Origin: Chloroflexota bacterium
Lineage (GTDB): Bacteria > Chloroflexota > Limnocylindria > Limnocylindrales > CSP1-4
DNA: 64,000 nt
NCBI GenBank assembly: GCA_027364875.1
Contig: DAHXON010000008.1
Location: 2,014-66,013, forward strand
Direction of reading: 5' to 3'
This document shows, piece after piece, positions 21,766 through 30,936 of the stretch (the stretch's first letter is position 1; each line of letters begins with the position of its first letter). The translations under genes were made by a program, and so were the position numbers. The notes beneath the pieces were generated by a model. It was not told the DNA's origin. It was given only the letters and a program-made list of their open reading frames with translations, and made no database searches.

Positions 21766-22842
21766 TCAGCCTCGATAGGTCTTGCGAGCCTGCGTGTCTT
21801 CGGAGACGTGCCGGACCATCTTCGAGAACTGTCGAGCCCTCTCGCGACGCAGCGCCGGAGGCGGCAGCTCGGCCAGCTCCGCCGTGAGCTTCTGGTAGCT
21901 GCGCAGGCGCCGACGGTCGATCCGCCCGTCTTCGATAGCTGCTCTCACCGCGCAACCCGGCTCGCGGTCGTGACGGCAGTCCGCGAACCGGCATTCGGCG
22001 GCGATTTCGGCGATGTCCGTGAACGTCGCCTCCACTCCGTCGTCCGCGTCCCACAGGCCCAGCTCTCGCATGCCCGGGGTGTCGACCATGAGCGCTCCGC
22101 CGGGCAGCCTGAACAGCTCCCGGTGGGTGGTGGTGTGGCGGCCTCGAGAGTCGTCCTCGCGGATCTCGCGCGTGAGCATCAATAGCTGGCCGGCGAGCCG
22201 ATTGAGAAGCGTCGATTTGCCCACGCCCGACGAGCCGACGAGAGCCAGAGTCCGGCCCGGCCGGAACCAGCCTTCGACGGCCTCGATGCCTTCGCCGGTG
22301 ACCGCGCTGAGGGCGACCGCGGCAATGCCGAGCTCGGCGGCAAGACGAGCTGCCGTCTCCTCTCCGTCGGGGACCAGATCCGTCTTGGTCAGGAGCAGAA
22401 CCGGCTCCACGCGGGCGTCGCGGCCCATGGCCACGTACCGTTCGAGCCGCTGGGGGTTGAGGTCGCCGTTGAGCGACGTGGCGATGAACAGCGTGTCCAC
22501 ATTGGCGGCCAGGAGCTGCGAACCGAGCTGGGTGCCCGCCGCACGTCGCCGGAACACCGACTGGCGCGGCACGATCGCGTCGATGCGGACTTCGCCGCTG
22601 TGCTGCGACGCCACGCAGCCGACCCAATCGCCGACGGCCGGCAGCTCTCCCGGGCCCGCCTGATGGCGGAACCTGCCGGTAGGGCTTGCCGGCCGCTCGC
22701 CGCCTTGTGTGATGACCACCCAGGCTCCGCGATGCTGAGCTACGACCCGGCCTGGTTCCAGGCCCACGGCCGCGTGCGGCTCGAAGGCCCGGGACCAGGT
22801 CTCGTTCCAGCCCCAATCGTCGAGGTTCAGAAGAACGTCCAT
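21766..22842 (-). CDS. rsgA: Ribosome small subunit-dependent GTPase A (long/second-paralog type)
   Basis: PAVGDWV, TKTD, GSSGVGKS, RGRHTTT, DTPGMRE, CRFADCRH..EPGC zinc finger. Confidence 0.95.
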   Translation of the reverse strand: MDVLLNLDDWGWNETWSRAFEPHAAVGLEPGRVVAQHRGAWVVITQGGERPASPTGRFRHQAGPGELPAVGDWVGCVASQHSGEVRIDAIVPRQSVFRRRAAGTQLGSQLLAANVDTLFIATSLNGDLNPQRLERYVAMGRDARVEPVLLLTKTDLVPDGEETAARLAAELGIAAVALSAVTGEGIEAVEGWFRPGRTLALVGSSGVGKSTLLNRLAGQLLMLTREIREDDSRGRHTTTHRELFRLPGGALMVDTPGMRELGLWDADDGVEATFTDIAEIAAECRFADCRHDREPGCAVRAAIEDGRIDRRRLRSYQKLTAELAELPPPALRRERARQFSKMVRHVSEDTQARKTYRG

Positions 22843-22844
22843 CG

Positions 22845-23645
22845 TCAACCCACCCTCTTGAGCTTGCCGGTTCGCTTGGCGTACTTCTCGGCCTGGCCGA
22901 AGCCCCAGAGCCCCAGCGGGATGAAGGCGACGGCCGTGATCAGCAGGGGCCAGAGATCCGGAAGGAGATCCGGGATCGACGCCCCGTCGATCAACGCGCG
23001 GCGGACGGCGTCGAGGACGTAGGTCGCCGGCGAGATTCGTGAGATCAGCTGCATCCACTCCGGCAGCACCGTGGTGGGGTAGTAGACCCCGCTCACGAGC
23101 AGCAGGCACGACTGCAGCACGAAAACCATCTGAGAGCCGCGCTCGACTGACATCATCGGCAGTATCGCCGCGAGCATGCCGATTCCGATCAGGCTCAGAG
23201 AACCGACGGCCATGAAGACGGCGGCCGCCGGGAGGTTGGCCTTGCCGAGGTCGAGCGAGAAGAACAGAGCCAGCACGATCAACAGAATGGTCGTGTGGAT
23301 CAGCCCGTAGATGACGGCGTAGAGGGCCGATCCGAGCAGCTGCACGGACCGGCGAACCGGGGCCATCATCGTGTATTCGAGGGTGCCTTCCCAGCGCTCC
23401 CAGGTGATCGTGTCGCCGATCGACTGGAAGACCACCGAGAGGTAGTTCCAGAAGACGGCGCCCACGACCAGGAGCATGAGCAGGCGCCGGTCGCCGATCG
23501 ATTGGCCGATCAGCGAGACCGACAGCGCGCCCGCGACGGCGTAGACGAGGAAGGCGGCTTCCCAGCCGATGTAGCGCTTGGTCAGGTTGAAGTTGCGCTC
23601 GACGAAGGCGTAGCTCGCCCGCGCCTCGCGCGTGAGAGAGGTCAA
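22845..23645 (-). CDS. ABC-2 type exporter permease
   Basis: Six TM helices; WERWEGTLE, SGVYYP..VLPEW..SPATY; TTG start after GAGGAG. Confidence 0.9.
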   Translation of the reverse strand: MTSLTREARASYAFVERNFNLTKRYIGWEAAFLVYAVAGALSVSLIGQSIGDRRLLMLLVVGAVFWNYLSVVFQSIGDTITWERWEGTLEYTMMAPVRRSVQLLGSALYAVIYGLIHTTILLIVLALFFSLDLGKANLPAAAVFMAVGSLSLIGIGMLAAILPMMSVERGSQMVFVLQSCLLLVSGVYYPTTVLPEWMQLISRISPATYVLDAVRRALIDGASIPDLLPDLWPLLITAVAFIPLGLWGFGQAEKYAKRTGKLKRVG

Positions 23646-23700
23646 CTGAGTACTCCTCGTGGAGTGGGGGAGTGGCCCGGCAGGGCCGCGGCCGCGAACG

Positions 23701-23946
23701 TCACCGCCGGGCCGCAAGTTCGCCGACGGAGCCGCACGGATCGCGAACGATCCGAGCGCCTCGAGCGTCGTCGGCCCCGATCGCGACGCCGAGCTTCACG
23801 ACCCCGCGACCGACTCGCTGGCGAATCGACCGCGGGGGCCGGGCCGATACGGATCGCTCGGCCAGGGCCGCTCGCCGCATGAGCCGCAGCTCGATCTCGC
23901 GCTGGCGCTCCTTGTGAATCATCTGGGCAATCTGGTACTGGAACAT
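23701..23946 (-). CDS. Small hypothetical protein (81 aa)
   Basis: RBS AAAGGA before MFQYQIAQM; lies between the ABC ATPase and permease genes. Confidence 0.65.
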   Translation of the reverse strand: MFQYQIAQMIHKERQREIELRLMRRAALAERSVSARPPRSIRQRVGRGVVKLGVAIGADDARGARIVRDPCGSVGELAARR

Positions 23947-24029
23947 TGGGTTGTCCTTTCGGAGTTGATTTCGTTTGTCGTGGGAGCGGACGTAGCGCCC
24001 GTCTCCGGTGTCGATCACGGCCATCGCCA

Positions 24030-24926
24030 CTATTCCTCCTCGGCTTCGCCCTCTTCGATGTCGTCGTCGAGGGAGCGGCCGGTGTACTGCATGAACACGC
24101 TTTCCAGCGTGGGTTGGAGTCCGTAGTCGGCGGCCACAGTGGCCTTGAGCCGGATCGGCGTGTCCTCGGCCGTCAGCTTCCCGCCGGCCAAGATTCCGAT
24201 CCGCCCGCACAGCCGTTCCGCTTCGGCCAGGTCGTGCGTCGTGAGCACGATCGTGGCGTCGTGAGTGGCCTGGAGCTCTTCGATGAACGACTGGACGTCG
24301 AGCTTGGAGCGCGGATCCAGTCCGGTGGTCGGCTCGTCGAGGAGCAGCAGCGTGGGGCTGGTCAACAGGGCTCGCGCTATGGCGACCTTCTGCTGCATGC
24401 CCCGGCTCATCTGCTCCACCGGCCGGCTCATCCGCTTCTCGCCGATGCCCAACCGGCCCATGATCCGGACCGCTTCCTTGCGGGCGGCCCGCGGGTCGAG
24501 GCCGTAAAGGCGGGCGGCGAACGAGAGGTTCTCCGCAGGCGAGAGCTTCTTGAAGAAGGCGGCGTCGACGCTGACCCGATTGATCAGCCGCTTGACCGCC
24601 ATCTCCTCGCGGACGAGGTCGTGGCCGAAGACTTCGACCCGGCCCTCGTCGAGGGTCAGAAGACCGCTGACGAGGCGGATGAACGTGGACTTGCCGCTGC
24701 CGTTGGCTCCGAGGAGCCCGTAGATCTCGCCACGCTCCAACCGGATCGAGACGTCGTCCACCGCCACTACCGGCGGTTTGCGCCGGTCGACCTTGAAGCG
24801 CTTGGTGACGCGCTCGACGAGCAGCGCCGCCGGCGACGGCAGGGGTCGCACTACCGGCTGGTGAGACGGCGCGTCAGCGTTGTTGCTGACCGGCGATTGA
24901 TTGTTGTCCAGGACCGCGATGCTCAT
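24030..24926 (-). CDS. ABC exporter ATP-binding protein (DrrA/NodI-like)
   Basis: GANGSGKS, MSRGMQQK, LLLDEPTTGLDP, TTH; RBS GGAGGTG. Confidence 0.95.
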   Translation of the reverse strand: MSIAVLDNNQSPVSNNADAPSHQPVVRPLPSPAALLVERVTKRFKVDRRKPPVVAVDDVSIRLERGEIYGLLGANGSGKSTFIRLVSGLLTLDEGRVEVFGHDLVREEMAVKRLINRVSVDAAFFKKLSPAENLSFAARLYGLDPRAARKEAVRIMGRLGIGEKRMSRPVEQMSRGMQQKVAIARALLTSPTLLLLDEPTTGLDPRSKLDVQSFIEELQATHDATIVLTTHDLAEAERLCGRIGILAGGKLTAEDTPIRLKATVAADYGLQPTLESVFMQYTGRSLDDDIEEGEAEEE

Positions 24927-25035
24927 CGGCTCACCTCCGTTTCGGAAGGTGGCTCGCGGCGAGGGAATGACCGCGAGCCGAGGTGGGAAGGGAACGGGGC
25001 TCGCGGCCGGCCCGGACACTCGGTCTACGGGCATC

Positions 25036-25068
25036 AAAAAAGCCGGGGCCCAGATCTGGCCCACGGCT
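25036..25068 (-). terminator. Intrinsic terminator within the 5' leader of the ABC-rsgA operon
   Basis: Minus strand AGCCG-T-GGGCC-agatctg-GGCCC-CGGCT followed by a T-run. Confidence 0.85.
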
Positions 25069-25103
25069 CAGAGGTTCGTCCTGGCGGTTCTACCGCCCCG
25101 GAA

Positions 25104-25193
25104 CTACTCGGTGGGCACAGATCTCCCGCACACAGCGGGGCTGCCGTTCGCGAGAACGGTCCCTGCCGTGGCCTTGAGGCGAATGCAGTTCAC
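25104..25193 (-). CDS. Leader peptide MNCIRLKATAGTVLANGSPAVCGRSVPTE (29 aa)
   Basis: RBS GAGGT 6 nt before GTG; lies between the promoter and terminator; its 3' end is complementary to the terminator 5' arm. Confidence 0.75.
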   Translation of the reverse strand: MNCIRLKATAGTVLANGSPAVCGRSVPTE

Positions 25194-25235
25194 CGAGCTA
25201 CCTCACTAGCTGCTACCGGGCGGTAAGCCCGGCGA

Positions 25236-25264
25236 AATGTACGGAAGTACGACGGACGTGTCAA
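25236..25264 (-). promoter_or_regulatory. Sigma70 promoter for the leader-ABC-rsgA operon
   Basis: TTGACA-N17-TACATT on the minus strand. Confidence 0.8.
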
Positions 25265-25305
25265 CCGTTAGTACGTCAGGTGACGTTTCTCGGATCACCC
25301 GGAGT

Positions 25306-26382
25306 TCAGATCGAGGCGGACAGACGGCTCCGGAGCTCCACCAGCCGGCTGCTGTCGCGGACGATCAGCTACGGCTCCACGACGATCTGCTCGGGGGCCG
25401 GCTCCAGGACGCGCCGGGCCTGCCTGCTCCGTTCGATCATCGCGTCGATAGTGTGCACGTCGAGCACGCCGGCATCGGCGAGCGGCTGGTTGACGGTCGT
25501 GAGCGGGGGCCAGAAGTGGGACGACTCGGCGATGTTGTCGACGCCGACCACGGCAATGTCCTCAGGGATCTGCCTGCCGACCGTGTGTGCCGCGTGCATG
25601 AGGCCCAGGGCCATCTGGTCGTTGCTGGCGAAGACGGCGTCGAGGTCGGGGCAGGTCTCGAGAAGCCGGTACAGTGCCTGCTCACCGCAGGCCACGGTCC
25701 AGTCACCCTCGACGATCAGGCAATCCTCGGCTTCGCGGCCGGTGGCCTCGATGGTTTCGCGCCAGCCGGCGAGACGCTGCCGCGCCTCCCACCAGCTCAT
25801 CGGACCGGTGACTATGCCGATATGCCGCGCGCCTCCGTCGAGCAGGTGCTGGGTCGCGAGACGCCCCATCGCGGCGTTGTCGATGCTGACGGTTGGGAAC
25901 TGGCTCCGGCCGTTCATCGGGCCGACCAGCAGCACGGGGCCGTTGCCGTCGATACCGCCGGATCGAGCCCAGCTCCGATTGTCGCCGACCTCGGGCACGG
26001 CCCAGATGATGCCGTCCACCTGCCGGGCGCGCAGCCCCGTCAGGATCGAGTCGGCGTCGACCGTCTCGGGGTCGAGGATCAGCGTGAGGGAGATGCCGTA
26101 GCCCATTTCGGCCGCTGTCCGCTCGATTGCGCCGACTATGCGTGACGGGCCGAAGTACTCGAGTCCGTACGCCACGACCCCGAGCTGATGGCTGCGGCCC
26201 TGGGTCAGCCCCCGCGCGAGCATGTTGGGGGCGTAGCCGGTCTCCCGGATCACCTCCTGGACGCGTTCGAGGGTCTCCGGCGCAACGTCAGGGCGGTTGT
26301 TGATGACGCGCGACACGGTCTGCGTCGAGACGCCGGCGGCCGCCGCGACGTCGCGGATGGTCGGACGCTTCGACTTGGCCAT
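25306..26382 (-). CDS. LacI-family regulator with an in-frame TAG at 25369-25371 near the C-terminus
   Basis: PTIRDVAAAAGVSTQTVSRVIN HTH, NDQMALG, PPLTTV; conserved LIVRDS tail follows the TAG and runs to a TGA at 25306. Confidence 0.88.
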
Positions 26383-26543
26383 GGCGCTGTGCTCCTCCCT
26401 GTGCGATCGGACGCGCTCAGATGATTCTGTCGCATCGACAGGTTCGATGCATTCGTTTTCATGCGGCTGGTCGCACGGTCCGCGACTCGCCCGGGCCGGC
26501 GCCCCGGGGAGCGGGCGCGGTGGCCGGGCCCGTCTTTCGCCTA

Positions 26544-26609
26544 TTGACTCGGCGTGCGGCCGCTGATAGCCTGTTACCGCTCCCGTTACCGTTACCGGGA
26601 ACGATAACA
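26544..26609 (+). promoter_or_regulatory. Sigma70 promoter and LacI-type operators of the arabinose operon
   Basis: TTGACT-N17-TAGCCT (26544-26572), followed by three GTTACCG units including the pseudo-palindrome GTTACCGGGAAC. Confidence 0.65.
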
Positions 26610-27121
26610 TCGGTTGGACCGTCTCGCAATGAGTAGTCCGGGGAACGGAGAAGCCCCAGGCAAAGGCTCTTATCTGCGAAGGCGGGGAAGCGGCGAACGC
26701 AACAGCAGCGGAGGCGGCTTCGAGGCGACTGCCGTGGGAGGCGGCGATCCTCGATGCGGCGGAGGACGGATAGCCGAGATCGGGTGAGGCCACCGGCCAG
26801 CCGGGAAGACAGCCAGGTGGCTGGCGGCTGATAGACCGGTCTTCGTCATACGGCACGTCCATGGCGGGTCGGAGTGCGAGTCCAGCCTTGTGGAGACCCT
26901 GGATTCGGGCCCCAGCCCTGACCGCGACCGCTTGCGAGCGTACGGCCCTGCCTGTCGCGACCGAGGAGGTGTGGATGACCCTAGGCGCCAGTTGACCCGC
27001 GATGGAGGCGAGATACCGCACGAGTCAGTGGAGAGACGGGCAGCGAGGCAGCACGGGTCTGCCTCAGCCAGATGAGTGCAGGACACCGCCACAACTGCCC
27101 CAGACACGGAGAGACCACCAG

Positions 27122-28126
27122 ATGACCAACTCTCGGACTATCCGGATCGCCGCGGCGATCGCAGTTACGGCCCTTCTGGCCGGCTGCTCGGCGAGTGCAG
27201 CCACCCCCCCAGCCACCGCCAAGACCTACACGTACAAGGACATGACGGTCGGGTTCATCCAGACCGGTTCTGAGTCCGGCTGGCGCGCGGCCAACACCTC
27301 GTCCTTCAACGAAGACGCCAAGTCCAAGGGCATCACCCTCAAGTTCTACGATTCGCAGAACAAGATCGAGAACCAGATCACGGCCTTCAACCAGTTCATC
27401 CAGGATCCCCAGGTCAACGTCATCGTTCTCGCCGCAGTCGGCACCACCGGCTACGACGACGTTCTCAAGCAGGCCAAGGCCGCCGGCAAGGTCGTCGTCC
27501 TTGAAGACCGCCGCATCGAGGCCGACTCGAGCCTGTACTACACGTACATCGGGTCCGACTTCAACGCCGAGGGCCAGAAGGGCGCCAAGGCGATGTGCGA
27601 TCTCCTGAAGAACAGCACGGGCAAGAAGGTCGTCGAGATCGGTGGCGACCAGGCTGCCTCCGCGGCGATCGACCGCGCCAAGGGCTTCCGCGAGAAGATG
27701 GGTGACTGCGGCATCACCGTCACCGCCACCCAGTCTGCCCCGGGTTGGGATCCCGTCCAGGGCAAGGCGATCATGGAAGCCTATCTGAAGAACAGCAAGG
27801 ACATCCAGGGCGTCTACGCGCACAACGACGAGCTGGCCATTGCTGCCATCCAGGCCATCGAGGCTGCCGGCCTGACGCCCGGCAAGGACATCCAGGTCGT
27901 CGGCTTCGACGCCACGGCAAACGGCTTCAAGTACCTCATCAGCGGCAAGCTCGGTGCCGACATCGAGTGCAACCCGCTTCTGGCCCCCCAGGTCTACGAA
28001 GCGGCCCTCAAGGCCCTCAACGGCGACAACAGCGTTCCGAAGTGGGTTCCCTCCCAGGAAGGCGAGTTCTTCGCCGCCCAGGGCGCGGCGACCCTTCAGT
28101 CGATCCTCGACACCCGCAAGTACTAG
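27122..28126 (+). CDS. Sugar ABC transporter substrate-binding lipoprotein (YtfQ-like; arabinose/galactofuranose)
   Basis: Lipobox LLAGC; GFIQTGSESGWRAANT, AHNDELA, IECNPLL. Confidence 0.9.
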   Translation: MTNSRTIRIAAAIAVTALLAGCSASAATPPATAKTYTYKDMTVGFIQTGSESGWRAANTSSFNEDAKSKGITLKFYDSQNKIENQITAFNQFIQDPQVNVIVLAAVGTTGYDDVLKQAKAAGKVVVLEDRRIEADSSLYYTYIGSDFNAEGQKGAKAMCDLLKNSTGKKVVEIGGDQAASAAIDRAKGFREKMGDCGITVTATQSAPGWDPVQGKAIMEAYLKNSKDIQGVYAHNDELAIAAIQAIEAAGLTPGKDIQVVGFDATANGFKYLISGKLGADIECNPLLAPQVYEAALKALNGDNSVPKWVPSQEGEFFAAQGAATLQSILDTRKY

Positions 28127-28303
28127 TCACGAATCGGGCGTCCGGCCCTCCGCCGGCGCCTGATTCCCAGGGCGATGAGGAGGAGTGGCACCAGCTTCTC
28201 CTCATCGCACCTCCAGGCGTCCTCGCCGCAGCCTCATCTACCAGACCCAGCCCTCGTTCCGGTCGCCCCCATGCCCGGGCCGACGGCTCCAGACGGTGAC
28301 TTC

Positions 28304-29824
28304 ATGCCAGACTCGAGCCGCGACATCGTAGTAATGAAGGGCATAGACAAGTCCTTCCCGGGCGTGCACGCGCTCCAGAACGTGGACTTCTCCCTGGCCA
28401 CAGGCGAGATCCATGCGCTGGTAGGGGAAAACGGAGCCGGCAAGTCCACCCTGATCAAGATCCTGACCGGTGTGGATCGGGCAGACCGCGGGACGATCGA
28501 AGTCGATGGCAAGACCGTCTCGATTCGCAACCCGCTCCACGCGCAGGAGATGGGGATCAGCACGGTCTACCAGGAAGTCAACCTGTGCCCCAACCTGACG
28601 GTTGCGGAGAACATCCTGATCGGGCGCCAGCCTTCGCGCCTCGGCAGCGTGGACTGGAATTCCCTGAACAAGCGCGCGGCGGAATACCTTCGCGAGCTGG
28701 ACGTCGACATCGACGTGACTCGAACCCTCGGCTCGTACTCCGTCGCGATCCAGCAGATGGCGGCCATCGCACGGGCGCTCGTGATATCGAACGCCAAGGT
28801 CCTGATCCTCGATGAGCCGACCTCGAGCCTGACTCAGCACGAGACCGATCAGCTGTTCAAGGTGATGCGGAAGCTCAAGAGCGAGGGCATCGCGATCGTC
28901 TTCATCACCCACTTCCTGGACCAGGTCTACGGGGTGACGGACCGGGTCACCGTTCTGCGGAACGGCACGCTGGTGGGAACGTACGAGACGAACTCGCTGT
29001 CCCGGCTCGAGCTCATCCGGTTGATGCTGGGGCGGAGCATCACCGACCTCGACGACATGACGGCCCACAAGATCGAGTCGAGCCTGCACATCTCCGCGGA
29101 GACGCTGATAGAGGCCAAAGAGCTCGGTCTGTCGAACTCAGTCGATCCGTTCGACCTGAAGCTGCACGCGGGCGAGGTGGTGGGGCTCGCCGGACTGCTC
29201 GGCTCGGGGCGGACGGAAGTCGCGAACCTGCTCTTCGGGGTCGATCGACCCGACTCGGGCCAGCTCGTGATGGACGGCAAGGTCGTGGACGACTTCTCGC
29301 CGGCCGCCTCCATCGAGCGTGGCGTGGCTCTGTGCCCGGAGGACCGCAAAGTCGAGGGCATCGTCGGCGACCTGACCGTCCGGGAGAACATCGTCCTGGC
29401 GCTGCAGGCGAGGCAGGGCTGGTTCAGGCGGATCGGCAAGAAGCGGCAGATGGAGATCGCCGACCGCTACATCAAGCTGCTGAACATCAGCACCCCCACC
29501 GCGGACCAGCAGGTCAAGAACCTGAGCGGCGGCAATCAGCAGAAGGTGATCCTGGCCCGCTGGCTGGCCGCCCACCCCAAGCTCCTGATCCTCGACGAGC
29601 CCACCAGGGGCATCGACGTGGGCACCAAGGCGGACATACAGAAGCTCGTCCTTTCTCTGGCTGAAGAAGGGACCTCTTGCGTTTTCATCTCGTCCGAGCT
29701 CGACGAGGTTCTCCGGACCAGCCATCGGATCGTCGTGATGCGTGACCGCGAGAAGGTCATGGAGTTCTCAGGGAAGGTCGACGAGAAGGAGATCATGCAG
29801 GCGATCGCGGGAAGTGAGTCATGA
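28304..29824 (+). CDS. Sugar ABC transporter ATP-binding protein (YtfR-like)
   Basis: GENGAGKS, DEPT, LSGGNQQKV, DEPTRGID; two NBDs. Confidence 0.95.
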   Translation: MPDSSRDIVVMKGIDKSFPGVHALQNVDFSLATGEIHALVGENGAGKSTLIKILTGVDRADRGTIEVDGKTVSIRNPLHAQEMGISTVYQEVNLCPNLTVAENILIGRQPSRLGSVDWNSLNKRAAEYLRELDVDIDVTRTLGSYSVAIQQMAAIARALVISNAKVLILDEPTSSLTQHETDQLFKVMRKLKSEGIAIVFITHFLDQVYGVTDRVTVLRNGTLVGTYETNSLSRLELIRLMLGRSITDLDDMTAHKIESSLHISAETLIEAKELGLSNSVDPFDLKLHAGEVVGLAGLLGSGRTEVANLLFGVDRPDSGQLVMDGKVVDDFSPAASIERGVALCPEDRKVEGIVGDLTVRENIVLALQARQGWFRRIGKKRQMEIADRYIKLLNISTPTADQQVKNLSGGNQQKVILARWLAAHPKLLILDEPTRGIDVGTKADIQKLVLSLAEEGTSCVFISSELDEVLRTSHRIVVMRDREKVMEFSGKVDEKEIMQAIAGSES

Positions 29825-30936
29825 AAGGAAATCGGAGGATCTGGGCCCGGCTCACGGACAGCATGCTGTTCCTGCCGACTGTCGCGTTGCTCCTCATGTT
29901 GCTGGTCGACGCGATCTTCCGACCGGGCTTCTTCACGCTCGAGTTCAAGGACGGCCACCTCTACGGGAACCTGATCGACATCCTGGTCCACGGGTCGCCG
30001 ACCATGATCCTGGCCATGGGCATGACTCTCGTCATCGCCACCGGCGGTGTCGACCTCTCAGTGGGCGCGGTCATGGCCATCAGCGCTTCGGTCGCCGCGA
30101 TCATGATGAACCCGACGATCGTGGGGATGAACCTCGCCGACCCCAAGCTGTTCATCAACAACCCGCAGTACACGTGGATGCCCCTGCCCCTGGTCATCAT
30201 CGTGCCGCTCATCGTCGCGACGCTCTGTGGTTTGTGGAACGGGGTGCTCGTCTCCTACGGCCGGATCCAGCCGATGGTCGCGACCCTCGTGCTGATGATC
30301 GCGGGCCGCGGCATCGCCCAGCTCATCACCAACGCCATCCAGATCATCATCTTCAACGACACGTACGCCTTCATCGGCAACGGCTACATCGTCTTTCCGT
30401 TCGCCCTGTACGTGGCCCTGGCGTTATTCGTCGTCGCGTGGCTCATAGCCTGGCGGACACCCATAGGTTTGTTCGTCCAATCGGTCGGCATCAACTTCCG
30501 TTCGAGCTACTACAGCGGTATCGACGAGAAGAAGGTCAAGCTTTTCGCCTACGCGTTCTGCGGCTTCTGCGCCGGGATCGCGGGGCTGATCGTGACCTCG
30601 AACATCAGAACGTCCGACGCGAACCAGATCGGGCTAAACAGTGAGCTCGACGCGATCCTCGCAGTCGTCATCGGCGGCACCCTGCTGGGCGCCGGCGGGC
30701 GCTTCTCACTGATGGGCAGCGCGATCGGCGCACTCGTCCTCCAGACCATGATCACGTCCACGCTGTCGTTCGGCGTGCCGGCGAGCGCGATCACGGCGGT
30801 CAAAGCCCTCGTTGTCATTGCCGTCGTCCTGCTCTACGCCGAACAGGTCAAGAACTTCACGCGCGGACTCGGGAACATCTCGATCCCAGGCTTCAGGGGC
30901 CGCGGTGGCTCCACCCTCGAGGAGGTCGCTCAATGA
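29821..30936 (+). CDS. Sugar ABC transporter permease (YtfT-like)
   Basis: VIATGGVDLSVG, IQPMVATL, ELDAILAVVIGG. Confidence 0.92.
   Translation: MKGNRRIWARLTDSMLFLPTVALLLMLLVDAIFRPGFFTLEFKDGHLYGNLIDILVHGSPTMILAMGMTLVIATGGVDLSVGAVMAISASVAAIMMNPTIVGMNLADPKLFINNPQYTWMPLPLVIIVPLIVATLCGLWNGVLVSYGRIQPMVATLVLMIAGRGIAQLITNAIQIIIFNDTYAFIGNGYIVFPFALYVALALFVVAWLIAWRTPIGLFVQSVGINFRSSYYSGIDEKKVKLFAYAFCGFCAGIAGLIVTSNIRTSDANQIGLNSELDAILAVVIGGTLLGAGGRFSLMGSAIGALVLQTMITSTLSFGVPASAITAVKALVVIAVVLLYAEQVKNFTRGLGNISIPGFRGRGGSTLEEVAQ

Noticed and set aside
25369-25371. Pyrrolysine or recoded TAG in the LacI gene
   Set aside because: TAG serves as a normal stop for many genes here (carB, araA, the aldolase, clpX) and no pyl genes are present
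26610-27121. Known riboswitch in the long ara leader
   Set aside because: No recognisable aptamer consensus or terminator U-tract
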